The position numbers and the translations under genes are program-made. From Pseudomonadales bacterium (lineage in GTDB: Bacteria > Pseudomonadota > Gammaproteobacteria > Pseudomonadales > Pseudohongiellaceae), in assembly GCA_963665315.1 (NCBI GenBank), contig OY762274.1:3162133-3226132 (forward strand): 64,000 bases of DNA. The letters are read 5' to 3'. Below are positions 54,247 through 62,355 of the stretch, one piece after another. Below the pieces are notes generated by a model. That model saw only the letters and a list, made by a program, of their open reading frames with translations, did no database searches and was not told the DNA's origin. Position 1 is the stretch's first letter. The number at the start of each line of letters is the position of its first letter.

Positions 54247-54349
54247 GAACCCGAGATGGGACACCGAACCCGAGATGGGACACCCAACCGGCAGTTCGGG
54301 TGACTCAAGCCGAAGTGGGTGTCCCATGGATATGTTCCATGGATATGTT
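54247..54349. repeat. Composite intergenic repeat: 19-bp tandem duplication, 11-bp inverted repeat, 13-bp tandem duplication
   Basis: GAACCCGAGATGGGACACC x2 (54247-54265 and 54266-54284). ATGGGACACCC (54275-54285) pairs with GGGTGTCCCAT (54317-54327). CCATGGATATGTT x2 (54324-54349). The region lies between convergent gene ends and may act as a terminator. Confidence 0.8.
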
Positions 54350-54368
54350 GTTGTTGACCCGTCCGACT

Positions 54369-55529
54369 CTACCTCAGTGCGCGCTGGCGGTCGGGGCTTT
54401 CGGCGTCCAGTACGAATGAAACCGGCACGGACTGGGGCAGATAGCAGATCGCGTCGTCGCAAGCCTGGTAGTTCAGGAAGCCGGAAATCGTCATCGTGTC
54501 CATTTCCGCGAGCGCCGCTTCGGTTTCTGCGGATCCATCCATCACTATTTCCTGCAACAGCGTGAACGACTCCTGGAATACCGGCACGTACTCGTCCAGC
54601 GGCGCGAAATAGTAGATTTCCGAATCCGGGTATTCCACCGGCTCCATCCGGTACATGTCGGAAGGCGCCAGTTCCAGGCCGATCACACGATAACCGTTGG
54701 CCTCCGCGCCCGGCGCGTAAACGTGCATGTTTTCGTTCGGCCTCACTTCGACAGCGATGGAGAACCTCGTGCCCACGCTCACGCTGGTATTGCTGGGCCA
54801 TGCGGTGAAGTCGAGTTGTGGTGAGGAACCTTCGATCGCTTCGATGGGCGAAACGCCGATGCCTTCCTTGAGCAGCACGTTCGAGGTCGTATTGCGCTCG
54901 CGATAGAACTCCTCGAAGTAGCGCGAGGTGACGCGGCCGCCCGCGTCGACCATGAATGTGCCCGGATACGGTGTGCCGACTATGAGGCTGCTCGCGCCGA
55001 ATACCGAGACGTAACGGGCCACGTCCGCCATTACGTCGGGATTGTCGGCGTCGGGCCCAAGCCCTTCCGCGGCAACCGTATTGAGGATGCCGTAGCGGGA
55101 AATGACTTCCGAGCCTTCATCCGCAAGCAGGGGAAAATCGATGCCGCGGCGCTGGGCGAAATCCTGCAATACCGCGGGAGAATCGTAACTGATGGCCGCT
55201 ACGCCGATGCCGGCGTTTTCCAGCTCATCCAAACGTCCTTGCAACTCCACGAGTTGCGCTTTGCAGTAGGGTCACCAGTCCGCGGAACGGTGGAAAAGCA
55301 ACATGGCTCCGTTCGGCCCCTTGATCGATTCGAGATCGTGAGCGTCGCCGAACTGATCCGTGAGTGCAAAACCTGGAACCCGCTCGCCGACCTGGGGTCC
55401 GAGATCGGCCACTACGATCGGCTGTCTTTCCGCGGTCTCGGCCGCGTCCTGGCCAACGGCGCCGCCGGCGAATGCCAGCAGGGCCGAAAAAGTTACCGCT
55501 ACCGGAATTGTGTGTCGTTTCATCAGCAT
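54369..55529 (-). CDS. Exported redoxin (AhpC/TSA, peroxiredoxin-like) fused to a DsbD-N-terminal-like domain, interrupted by an in-frame TGA at the first Cys position of WCPYC: candidate selenoprotein, or otherwise a pseudogene
   Basis: The two track ORFs (55272-55559 and 54369-55250) are in the same frame. Reading through gives LLFHRSADW-[TGA]-PYCKAQLVELQGRL, which matches the family block RGxWCPYCxxQL with TGA (55272-55274) replacing Cys. Signal peptide MKRHTIPVAVTFSALLAFAGGAVG. The start is ATG 55529 or 55523. Confidence 0.6.
55241..55257 (-). promoter_or_regulatory. Candidate bacterial SECIS-like hairpin
   Basis: The minus-strand RNA GCAACUC-GUG-GAGUUGC forms a perfect 7-bp stem with a G-rich apical loop. 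The stem starts 14 nt after the UGA, putting the loop about 21 nt downstream. Confidence 0.4.
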
Positions 55530-55603
55530 GATTCTCGCCTGTGCGTGATTGCCGCCCATTCTAGCAACGGAATCGGAAAATGTAGAAATGTCCCGCGAAT
55601 TCC

Positions 55604-56602
55604 CTAAATCAAGTAGTCCTGAATGTTGTTGATGATAGCCCCGGTCAATTCAATGTCACCGCTGTCGAACCACGCGATGTAATCTGGTTGGGGGTCGCTG
55701 TCAATGTAGAACAAAATGAAAGTCATTTTCATATCGAGCGGGACATTATGATCCAAATTGGTATGGTCCACTCTGTAGACATCAATCTCATTGCCAGTGA
55801 GGGGTTCAGTGGGGTCCTTTTCGAACCTCCAAAACCATTGCGAAATCCACGAAGGTACGGATGAATAGTAGTCCGGAATTTCGTTTGCCATTTCTGTCAG
55901 GACTTCATTTTTGATTCTCGTGTATTCGGAAGAGGGATTATTGGGATCGCTTGTACCCACTCCACCTTTCTCGTGGAACCTTATGTTGTATTCTTCGACA
56001 AAAGTGTTGCCGTCCCACCGATAGTTTTCGCCAATCCTAGTGTGCTGATGGCTCCGCCCGTGATCTGCAAGACCAAAGGCCGTATCGCCTCCAGCATGCA
56101 AGAGAGTCTGAAGCCTGCCGATGTCCGAAGCAGTGGTCGGCGGCTCGGTGGAAGTGCTTCCATTCTCATTCCCGCTGTTGCCGTAGTCGTACTGGCGAAC
56201 TATATAGTCAGGCACGGTGATCTTTTCCGGCGATATGGTAGAAAGCTTTTTCCTTGTACTACCTTCCGGAGTGGGCTTCCACCCTGCGGGCGGGGGGTCC
56301 AGATCGAGGATAAAATCCTGTAGCCCGCGGTCCCAGGAGCCCCACTGCTTTTTCTCAGCCGTGAAGTGCTCTTCGATCCACTCGATTCGCTGATTGACGG
56401 GCGAAGCTGAGGGCTTTGCATTGACCTCATCCACGATCCGAAAATTCATATTGAGCGATTCAGTGAGATTGGGAGCGCGTGCGTCGGTAACAAAAAGATC
56501 AAACAAAAGCTCAGCAAACTCCCGATTGCTACCAGCTTCGTGAGCAAGATCTGTGACCAACTCTTTATAAAAGGCAAAATGCAATTCTTTTTGATTTGGC
56601 AC
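55604..56602 (-). CDS. Orphan hypothetical protein in a low-GC segment
   Basis: 332-aa ORF with a GTG start preceded 4 nt upstream by a strong AGGAGGG Shine-Dalgarno (56607-56613). GC is visibly lower than the surroundings. There is no signal peptide, TM helix or motif I recognise. Confidence 0.65.
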   Translation of the reverse strand: MPNQKELHFAFYKELVTDLAHEAGSNREFAELLFDLFVTDARAPNLTESLNMNFRIVDEVNAKPSASPVNQRIEWIEEHFTAEKKQWGSWDRGLQDFILDLDPPPAGWKPTPEGSTRKKLSTISPEKITVPDYIVRQYDYGNSGNENGSTSTEPPTTASDIGRLQTLLHAGGDTAFGLADHGRSHQHTRIGENYRWDGNTFVEEYNIRFHEKGGVGTSDPNNPSSEYTRIKNEVLTEMANEIPDYYSSVPSWISQWFWRFEKDPTEPLTGNEIDVYRVDHTNLDHNVPLDMKMTFILFYIDSDPQPDYIAWFDSGDIELTGAIINNIQDYLI

Positions 56603-56980
56603 CGCGCCCTCCTACGCGAATAACCCTGCGTGTATTTTTGATTTAATACACATAGTGCAAGTCATCCGCTGTCTGTTGAATGCGTTTAGTCCTCTATGCA
56701 ATCTCCTTTTCTTTCATCTTACGTTCCCGTGGATATACCGCTATGTCTGCTTTCGTGCTCCGAGGCCCGTTCCCGCTGGCGCCGGTTCTCGTAGGCTTCC
56801 CATTCCCTTCCCCGTTGCAACCATGCATTGATATGGCCCAGGCGAAATTCCCATACTTCAGAGCTTCACCTAGAATCTACGGTACGCCGTTACCAGGATT
56901 TTGCAAGCAAAACTACTCCAAAAAACCGACTGTAGAGCGCACACAATCGGTCCGGTCTTGTGGCACAAGGTCTGTCCGGT

Positions 56981-57090
56981 TCTCATCGAGCAGCATGTTC
57001 GAGGTCGTATTGAACTCCTCGAAGTAGCGCGAAGTGACGTGGCCGTCCGCGTCGATCACGGCAGGGGAAAATCGATGCCGCGGCGGCGCC
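56981..57090 (-). pseudogene. Degraded fragment of a redoxin gene (paralogous remnant of 54369-55529)
   Basis: 56981-57060 aligns to 54868-54950 at roughly 90% identity with a 12-bp deletion (translated IDADGHVTSRYFEEF----NTTSNMLL versus VDAGGRVTSRYFEEFYRERNTTSNVLL). 57061-57088 then matches 55127-55153, implying an internal deletion of about 170 bp. Confidence 0.65.
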
Positions 57091-57138
57091 AATTTTTTTA
57101 CAACAGAACCGGCAGATTCTGAAGTATTTGGCATTTTT

Positions 57139-57219
57139 CCTACTTTCGCGGTCTTAAAGTACGAAAAAGTAGGAATATATTGAGAATATTCTCTGAAAAT
57201 GCTACTTTCTCGTACTTTA
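57139..57219. promoter_or_regulatory. Putative operator/promoter of the AbiEi-HipA fusion gene
   Basis: The 18-bp inverted repeat TAAAGTACGAAAAAGTAG (57155-57172) pairs with CTACTTTCTCGTACTTTA (57202-57219), 17 of 18 complementary. They flank a central palindrome GAATAT-N7-ATATTC. A third CTACTTTC half-site lies at 57140-57147. A GGAGAAGG RBS lies at 57224-57231. Confidence 0.55.
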
Positions 57220-57238
57220 GAACGGAGAAGGTCGGAAT

Positions 57239-59038
57239 ATGCTCCATCTCGTCGGGGAAACCATTGACAAGCATCGCGCCCAGTATGGCGTGGAGACCGG
57301 CAAACTCGTACAGGTCATGCGCGGTATCTATGTCGCGGCGGATGACGATGCGGACGCGGTGTTGTTCGATCATGCGCTACGAATCGCTGCCTATCTCTAC
57401 CCCAGCACATATCTATGCGGCGCCAGCGCCGAACTGCTTGCGCCTACACCGGACCGCCGCCTGTTCCTGGGCAGCAATCGCAATGAACGCACTCGGCTGT
57501 GCAACCTGGAAATCGTACAAACACGCGCTCCACACTCACCCGAAACGGAACAAGTCGAAACTTCCGATTCCCTCGGCGAATTCAGAACCCGGCGCTCTAC
57601 CTTGCGTTTCCGATACCTGGAGTCCTTTCGCCGGCGCAGCGAAGCCGGGGCCGCCATGCCTACCGCGATGCAAAGCGACATCGCCGCGCGTCTGGTCGAT
57701 ACGGCCGGTGACACGCAATCGGCGGTTATCGAGTGTTGGCGACTGGCCGAAGCCAATGGATGGCGCAAGGAAGCAGGCCGGGCGGAAGCGTTTATCGTAA
57801 CTCCGCTACGAGAGGCGGCGGCGCGAAGTAAAACGCTTCATGTTGGCTGGCATGGCGAGCAGGTCGGCGTTCTGGCTCACGACGGTTCAGCGTGGCGCTG
57901 GGATCAGACCGCCTCGGAAAGCGCGATACCCGTCCGCGCCGGAGCGCCGGGGAGTCTGCCGCCGTTCATCGACAGCCTGCTGCCTGAAGGCTGGCTTGCG
58001 CGCGTATTGAAGCCGAAATCCGAGTTGGATCGGGTAGCCGGCGGCAAACGCTATATGTCGAACATCGTCATTTCGGCGAACACGGAGGATCTTCAGGAAA
58101 TTCCGTCCGATGTACTCGAAGGGAGACTTGAATCATTCGCGCGAGATGGAGTTTTCACGGGCGGCTATGAAGGACCCACGCCCGCTTTCGAACAATCGCT
58201 GGAAGATCGCATGGCCGAAACCTTCGCGTCCGCGCAGACTCCGCGCTTGTCCGGCGTCCAGATCAAGATGCCAATGAATCTCTCGACCGACGGCCTGTTG
58301 CGGCCGGCCGTGGACAGAGCCTTTACGCATATCCTCAAACCGTCCCCAGGCGCCGGATTCGAAGAACTTCCCCGAGTCGAAGCCGCATGCCTGACGGCCG
58401 CCCTCGCCTGCGGTTTCGAGACCCCCGCCCATGCGCTCGTTCCGATGCCCGGCGGACTGCCCGACGCGCTGCTCGTCGAGCGTTTCGATATCCGGAGGGA
58501 CCATAACGATCTCCGCAAGATCGCCCTCGAAGACATGGCTTCCGTGCGCGGAGTCGCGCCGACTGAAAAATACGAGGGCTCAATCGAGCAAGCCGCGCGG
58601 GCGCTCCGGGGCGTCTCCAGCGATGTCGAAGCCGACATCGCGACATTGCTTGCGCGCGCCATATTCGCCTGGCTCATCGCCGACGGGGACTTTCACTTGA
58701 AGAACATGGCCGTACTGAAGGTAATTCCTGAAGGCGCAAGCAATTTTTCTTCCGTCCGCCTCGCGCCGGTTTACGACGCCGTAACGACACGTGTCTTTCC
58801 GGGTCTCGAACACGACAACATGGCGCTTGCCCTCGAGGGCAAGCGAAATCAGCTTACATCCGGGGACTTTGCCCGCACAGGCGCAACCATGGGCATCCGC
58901 GCCGGCGAGGTTCGCAACTTGATCGAGTCGTTATGCGGCCGCCTGAATACACACATAGCAGGACTTGATCTCTCCTCCCAACGCGTTGCTCAGGCAATTG
59001 AAATCTGGAAGAAAAGAATCGTATTTACGGCCAATTGA
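57239..59038 (+). CDS. HipA-family kinase with an N-terminal AbiEi-antitoxin-like (winged-helix) extension of about 190 aa
   Basis: C-terminal 400 aa: LPPFIDSLLPEGW (HipA N-terminal domain), RLSGVQIKMP, catalytic ADGDFHLKNMAV and LAPVYDAV. N-terminal part: TGKLVQVMRGIYV ... IAAYLYPSTYLCGASAELL resembles the AbiEi_4 block G.L.rv.RGvY ... l.p.ayis..SAL. No hipB-like gene is adjacent. Confidence 0.75.
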   Translation: MLHLVGETIDKHRAQYGVETGKLVQVMRGIYVAADDDADAVLFDHALRIAAYLYPSTYLCGASAELLAPTPDRRLFLGSNRNERTRLCNLEIVQTRAPHSPETEQVETSDSLGEFRTRRSTLRFRYLESFRRRSEAGAAMPTAMQSDIAARLVDTAGDTQSAVIECWRLAEANGWRKEAGRAEAFIVTPLREAAARSKTLHVGWHGEQVGVLAHDGSAWRWDQTASESAIPVRAGAPGSLPPFIDSLLPEGWLARVLKPKSELDRVAGGKRYMSNIVISANTEDLQEIPSDVLEGRLESFARDGVFTGGYEGPTPAFEQSLEDRMAETFASAQTPRLSGVQIKMPMNLSTDGLLRPAVDRAFTHILKPSPGAGFEELPRVEAACLTAALACGFETPAHALVPMPGGLPDALLVERFDIRRDHNDLRKIALEDMASVRGVAPTEKYEGSIEQAARALRGVSSDVEADIATLLARAIFAWLIADGDFHLKNMAVLKVIPEGASNFSSVRLAPVYDAVTTRVFPGLEHDNMALALEGKRNQLTSGDFARTGATMGIRAGEVRNLIESLCGRLNTHIAGLDLSSQRVAQAIEIWKKRIVFTAN

Positions 59039-59092
59039 AAGGGCGACGCATGCGTCGCCCCTACGTTATTCCGTGACATTTGTGCGGTGGGA

Positions 59093-60103
59093 CTACTCCG
59101 TATCCGCCACCTGGGGTTGGCTGCCGTCGCCGGGGAGGCCCATGGACTCGAGCCGGCGCCAGCCGGCCAGGATGCCGCGCATGCCGTGGTTGCCTTCATG
59201 GCAGGCGTACTCGTAGATCGGATCTTCGATGCGCCGCAGCGGGAATTTCGCCGACCAGGGCACGTCCCAGGTCAGCGGGTCTTCGATGGTGAAATCGTAG
59301 TCCAGCGTGTCGGCGCCGATCCGGCGGATGCGTTCTTCGATCATCGTTTCCCTTGATGCGCCGGAGCGGCTGTTCTGGTCGAAGTAGAAATGGCGCGTGT
59401 TGACCACCAGGGTATCGCCTTCCCAACGGGCGATGGAATCGCCGTCCCATTTGAGCTGGCGCGTCTGATGCTCGTCGTCGAAGCGTATGACCCTGGCGCG
59501 ATGGATCATTTCGTTCAGAATCATCACATGGTCGGCGGTCTGCACGATCTGGATGTTGTTGTTATAGGCGCCGGGGATCAGGGGCGGTCCGGCGCCGCCG
59601 CTCATCAGGCAGCGGTCCGCCAGGGTGCGCGCTTCCGGCCCGATGCTGTTGGCGCGCACATCAGCGCGGATGCGGCCGCGATCCCGGCCAGATTCGTTCA
59701 ACGACGGCATGCGTCCGTCGGGCGGATCGTAGATCAGCGACGTGCGGCGGTCGCTGATGGTCTCGACGCCGCGTTCGTACCAGAACTCGTTATAGGAAAT
59801 CACGCCGGGCGGATAGCCCGCTCCTCCTACCGAGTCAATGATCAGATCGCGGTTCTGGCGCCGGTTCTCGAACGCTTCCCATTCTGCCGCTTCCGCTTCG
59901 CTCAGCACTTCCCGTTCCGCCAGTTCCGCCGGGCGATTGAGCGGCGTTAACGTCCGATACGTATAGGTGCCCTGTAAATCGGGATGGCCATGCTCGGTGC
60001 GGGGAATATCACCGGATTGTGAAAATCCTGTCTGGCCAAGCAGCAAGGCAACCGGCCCGAACACCAGGCCGGCGAGCAATAATGCTGAAGTTCGAGTGGT
60101 CAC
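59093..60103 (-). CDS. Secreted conserved hypothetical protein (paralog of 18306-19319)
   Basis: 336 aa with a signal/anchor segment (SALLLAGLVFGPVALLLG). It shares RWEGDTLVV, EDPIYEYACHEGNHGM and GILAGWRRLE with the other copy. Confidence 0.75.
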   Translation of the reverse strand: MTTRTSALLLAGLVFGPVALLLGQTGFSQSGDIPRTEHGHPDLQGTYTYRTLTPLNRPAELAEREVLSEAEAAEWEAFENRRQNRDLIIDSVGGAGYPPGVISYNEFWYERGVETISDRRTSLIYDPPDGRMPSLNESGRDRGRIRADVRANSIGPEARTLADRCLMSGGAGPPLIPGAYNNNIQIVQTADHVMILNEMIHRARVIRFDDEHQTRQLKWDGDSIARWEGDTLVVNTRHFYFDQNSRSGASRETMIEERIRRIGADTLDYDFTIEDPLTWDVPWSAKFPLRRIEDPIYEYACHEGNHGMRGILAGWRRLESMGLPGDGSQPQVADTE

Positions 60104-60182
60104 GATCCCCTCCTCCCATTACTTTGCAAAGTAAAGACCGAAATTACGACATCGGCAGAATTATGCAAGTAAAACAGTTTCG

Positions 60183-61331
60183 CTAAAAACCGGTCGGTCC
60201 AACTGTCGCATAGTGGCGGGCGAGCGATTTCCAGAAATCGACGCCGGTGCGGATAATCTCGTCGTTGAAGTCGTAGGCCGGATTGTGCAAGGCCATGGCT
60301 TGCGCGCCTTCCGTGCCATTGCCGAGCAATATGAAAGCGCCGGGGCAATGTTGCAGAAACTCCGCGAAATCCTCGGAAAACGTGACCGGCCCGTACTCCC
60401 GGTCGACTTCGCTGACGCGGGCGGCGGCGTCCGCCATGATTTCAGCGCAACCCGCATCGTTCACCAATGGCCGGAAAGACGTGCTGTAGCTCACTTCCCC
60501 TTGCGCGCCATGGGCCGCGCAGGCGCCCTGAACGATCTCGTTCATGCGCCTCTCGATCATGCCGGACACCGGTTGCTCGAATCCGCGGCAATCGCCGGTG
60601 ATCACGACAGTGTCGGGAATGATGTTGCGCGCGCCGTCCGTACGGATCTCGGTAATGGAAACCACCGCGCAGTCGGCGGCGGAAACGTTTCGCGAGACGA
60701 TGGACTGCAATTGCAGGATGATCGCACCCGCGACGACGATCGGATCGATGCCGGTTTCGGGCATCGAAGAGTGGCCGCCGCGGCCGGTGACGGTGATCTC
60801 GAAATTGTCCTCGAAAGCGCAGAACGGGCCGGCCTTGATCGCGAACTTGCCGGCGGTCATGCCGGGCAGATTGTGCAGCCCGTAGATCTCAGTCATCGGG
60901 AATCGCTCGAACAGCCCGTCAGCGATCATGGCGGCGGCGCCCCTGCCGTTTTCCTCATCGGGCTGGAATATGAAATGGACGGTTCGCGCAAGCTTGTCGT
61001 CCCGCGCCAGTTCCAGCGCGGCGCCGATCAGCATTGTGCTGTGGCCGTCATGGCCGCAGCCGTGGAACTTGCCGTCGCGTACCGAACAATGCGCGAAACT
61101 GTTTTTTTCGGTAACCGGCAGCGCGTCCATGTCCGCCCGCAGGCCAATGGCGGAATCTTCGGGCCCGCGGCGCAAACTCGCCACCAGTCCGCCGCCGATT
61201 CCCTCCTGTACTTCAAGACCGGACTGCTTCAGCGTTTCGGCGATAACGCCTGCGGTGCGCGCGACCTCGAATCCCGTTTCCGGATGCTTGTGCAAGTCCC
61301 GGCGAAAAGCCGTCAGATCAAGATTCGTCAT
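60183..61331 (-). CDS. M20D-family amidohydrolase (N-acyl-amino-acid / hippurate hydrolase-like)
   Basis: FRRDLHKHPETGFE, ADMDALP, HGCGHDGH and FQPDEENGRGA blocks are characteristic of M20D peptidases. The start is ATG 61331 or 61343. Confidence 0.88.
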   Translation of the reverse strand: MTNLDLTAFRRDLHKHPETGFEVARTAGVIAETLKQSGLEVQEGIGGGLVASLRRGPEDSAIGLRADMDALPVTEKNSFAHCSVRDGKFHGCGHDGHSTMLIGAALELARDDKLARTVHFIFQPDEENGRGAAAMIADGLFERFPMTEIYGLHNLPGMTAGKFAIKAGPFCAFEDNFEITVTGRGGHSSMPETGIDPIVVAGAIILQLQSIVSRNVSAADCAVVSITEIRTDGARNIIPDTVVITGDCRGFEQPVSGMIERRMNEIVQGACAAHGAQGEVSYSTSFRPLVNDAGCAEIMADAAARVSEVDREYGPVTFSEDFAEFLQHCPGAFILLGNGTEGAQAMALHNPAYDFNDEIIRTGVDFWKSLARHYATVGPTGF

Positions 61332-62340
61332 TGCCGGGATCACCTTCGGTATTTATCACAAGCGGATTTCCGGATTCGTCTTCCCGCAGGCAGGCCGCAA
61401 GCCCCGCCGCTCCCGAGGGCGTGCTCGCCAGGCCATGAGCGGCGAGCCGCGTCGCCGCCTGCGCGGCTTCCTCGTCGGAAACGCTTACGAAACGGTCGGC
61501 GGCAAGCGTGAGTATATCGAAGGCCAGCAATGAAGGGGTCTTGCAATCGAGCCGGCCCATATTGGAGACCGGGCCGCTGACGGTTACAAGCCTCCCCGCG
61601 GCCACGCTTGCCCGCAGACAAGCCGCGCGGTCAGGCTCGACCACCGTGATCTCGGGCTGCACTTCCCAGCTTTGCCTGATTGACCAGGCGAGCGCCGCGG
61701 CAAGGCCGCCCACGCCCGCCTGCAAGTACACCCGCGCCGGCCAATCGCCCGAGGCCGCGAAGGCCTCCCGCAGTTCTCCGGCGAGTATCGTGTAACCCTC
61801 CATGACCAGCCGCGCCGATTCAAGGCTTCCGGGCCAGGATGTGTCGGTCAGATGGGTGGCGCCTCTTCGCTCCGCATCGTCGGCCGCCGCGGCAATACTC
61901 TCTTCGTAGGTTTCACCCGAACGCAGGACTTCAGCGCCCCTGGCGCGCAGGCGAAGGGCGAATGCTTCAGGGACGGTTTCGGCAATGTGTATGCGGGCCG
62001 ACGCGCCGAACAATCGTGCGCCCGCGGCCACGGCGAGCCCGTGATTGCCGGCGCTGGCGGTTACGAAGCAAAGCCGGGAAGCGACGCGGCGCACATCGTC
62101 CGACGCCAGCGCCGCCGGCTCGATATCGCCGCCTGCTTCGCGCGCGATAATCCTGGCGATGGCGTATACGCCGCCGAGCGCCTTGAACGAACCGAGGCCC
62201 ATGCGGCGGGATTCGTCTTTCAGCCGGATACGGCGGCCGTCGAACTCCGCAAGCGAAAGTGGAGTCACCTCGTACGCCGGGCAGGCCGAGACCCACTCGC
62301 GGGCGCCGACGGTATCGAAGATGTTGTCTGAAATTTCCAT
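61318..62340 (-). CDS. PLP-dependent diaminopropionate ammonia-lyase-like enzyme (fold type II)
   Basis: LKDESRRMGLGSFKALGGVYAI matches the DAP ammonia-lyase block KDESxRFGLxxFKxLGGxYA, including the PLP lysine. SAGNHG block present. ATG at 62340 is preferred over TTG at 62355. Confidence 0.75.
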   Translation of the reverse strand: MEISDNIFDTVGAREWVSACPAYEVTPLSLAEFDGRRIRLKDESRRMGLGSFKALGGVYAIARIIAREAGGDIEPAALASDDVRRVASRLCFVTASAGNHGLAVAAGARLFGASARIHIAETVPEAFALRLRARGAEVLRSGETYEESIAAAADDAERRGATHLTDTSWPGSLESARLVMEGYTILAGELREAFAASGDWPARVYLQAGVGGLAAALAWSIRQSWEVQPEITVVEPDRAACLRASVAAGRLVTVSGPVSNMGRLDCKTPSLLAFDILTLAADRFVSVSDEEAAQAATRLAAHGLASTPSGAAGLAACLREDESGNPLVINTEGDPGNDES

Positions 62341-62355
62341 CGCCGATCCGGACAA

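Noticed and set aside
56700-56900. Short minus-strand reading EWEAYENRRQRER resembling EWEAFENRRQNRD of the 59093-60103 paralog
   Set aside because: Only about 12 residues are similar, bounded by stops, with no extended alignment. This is probably chance.
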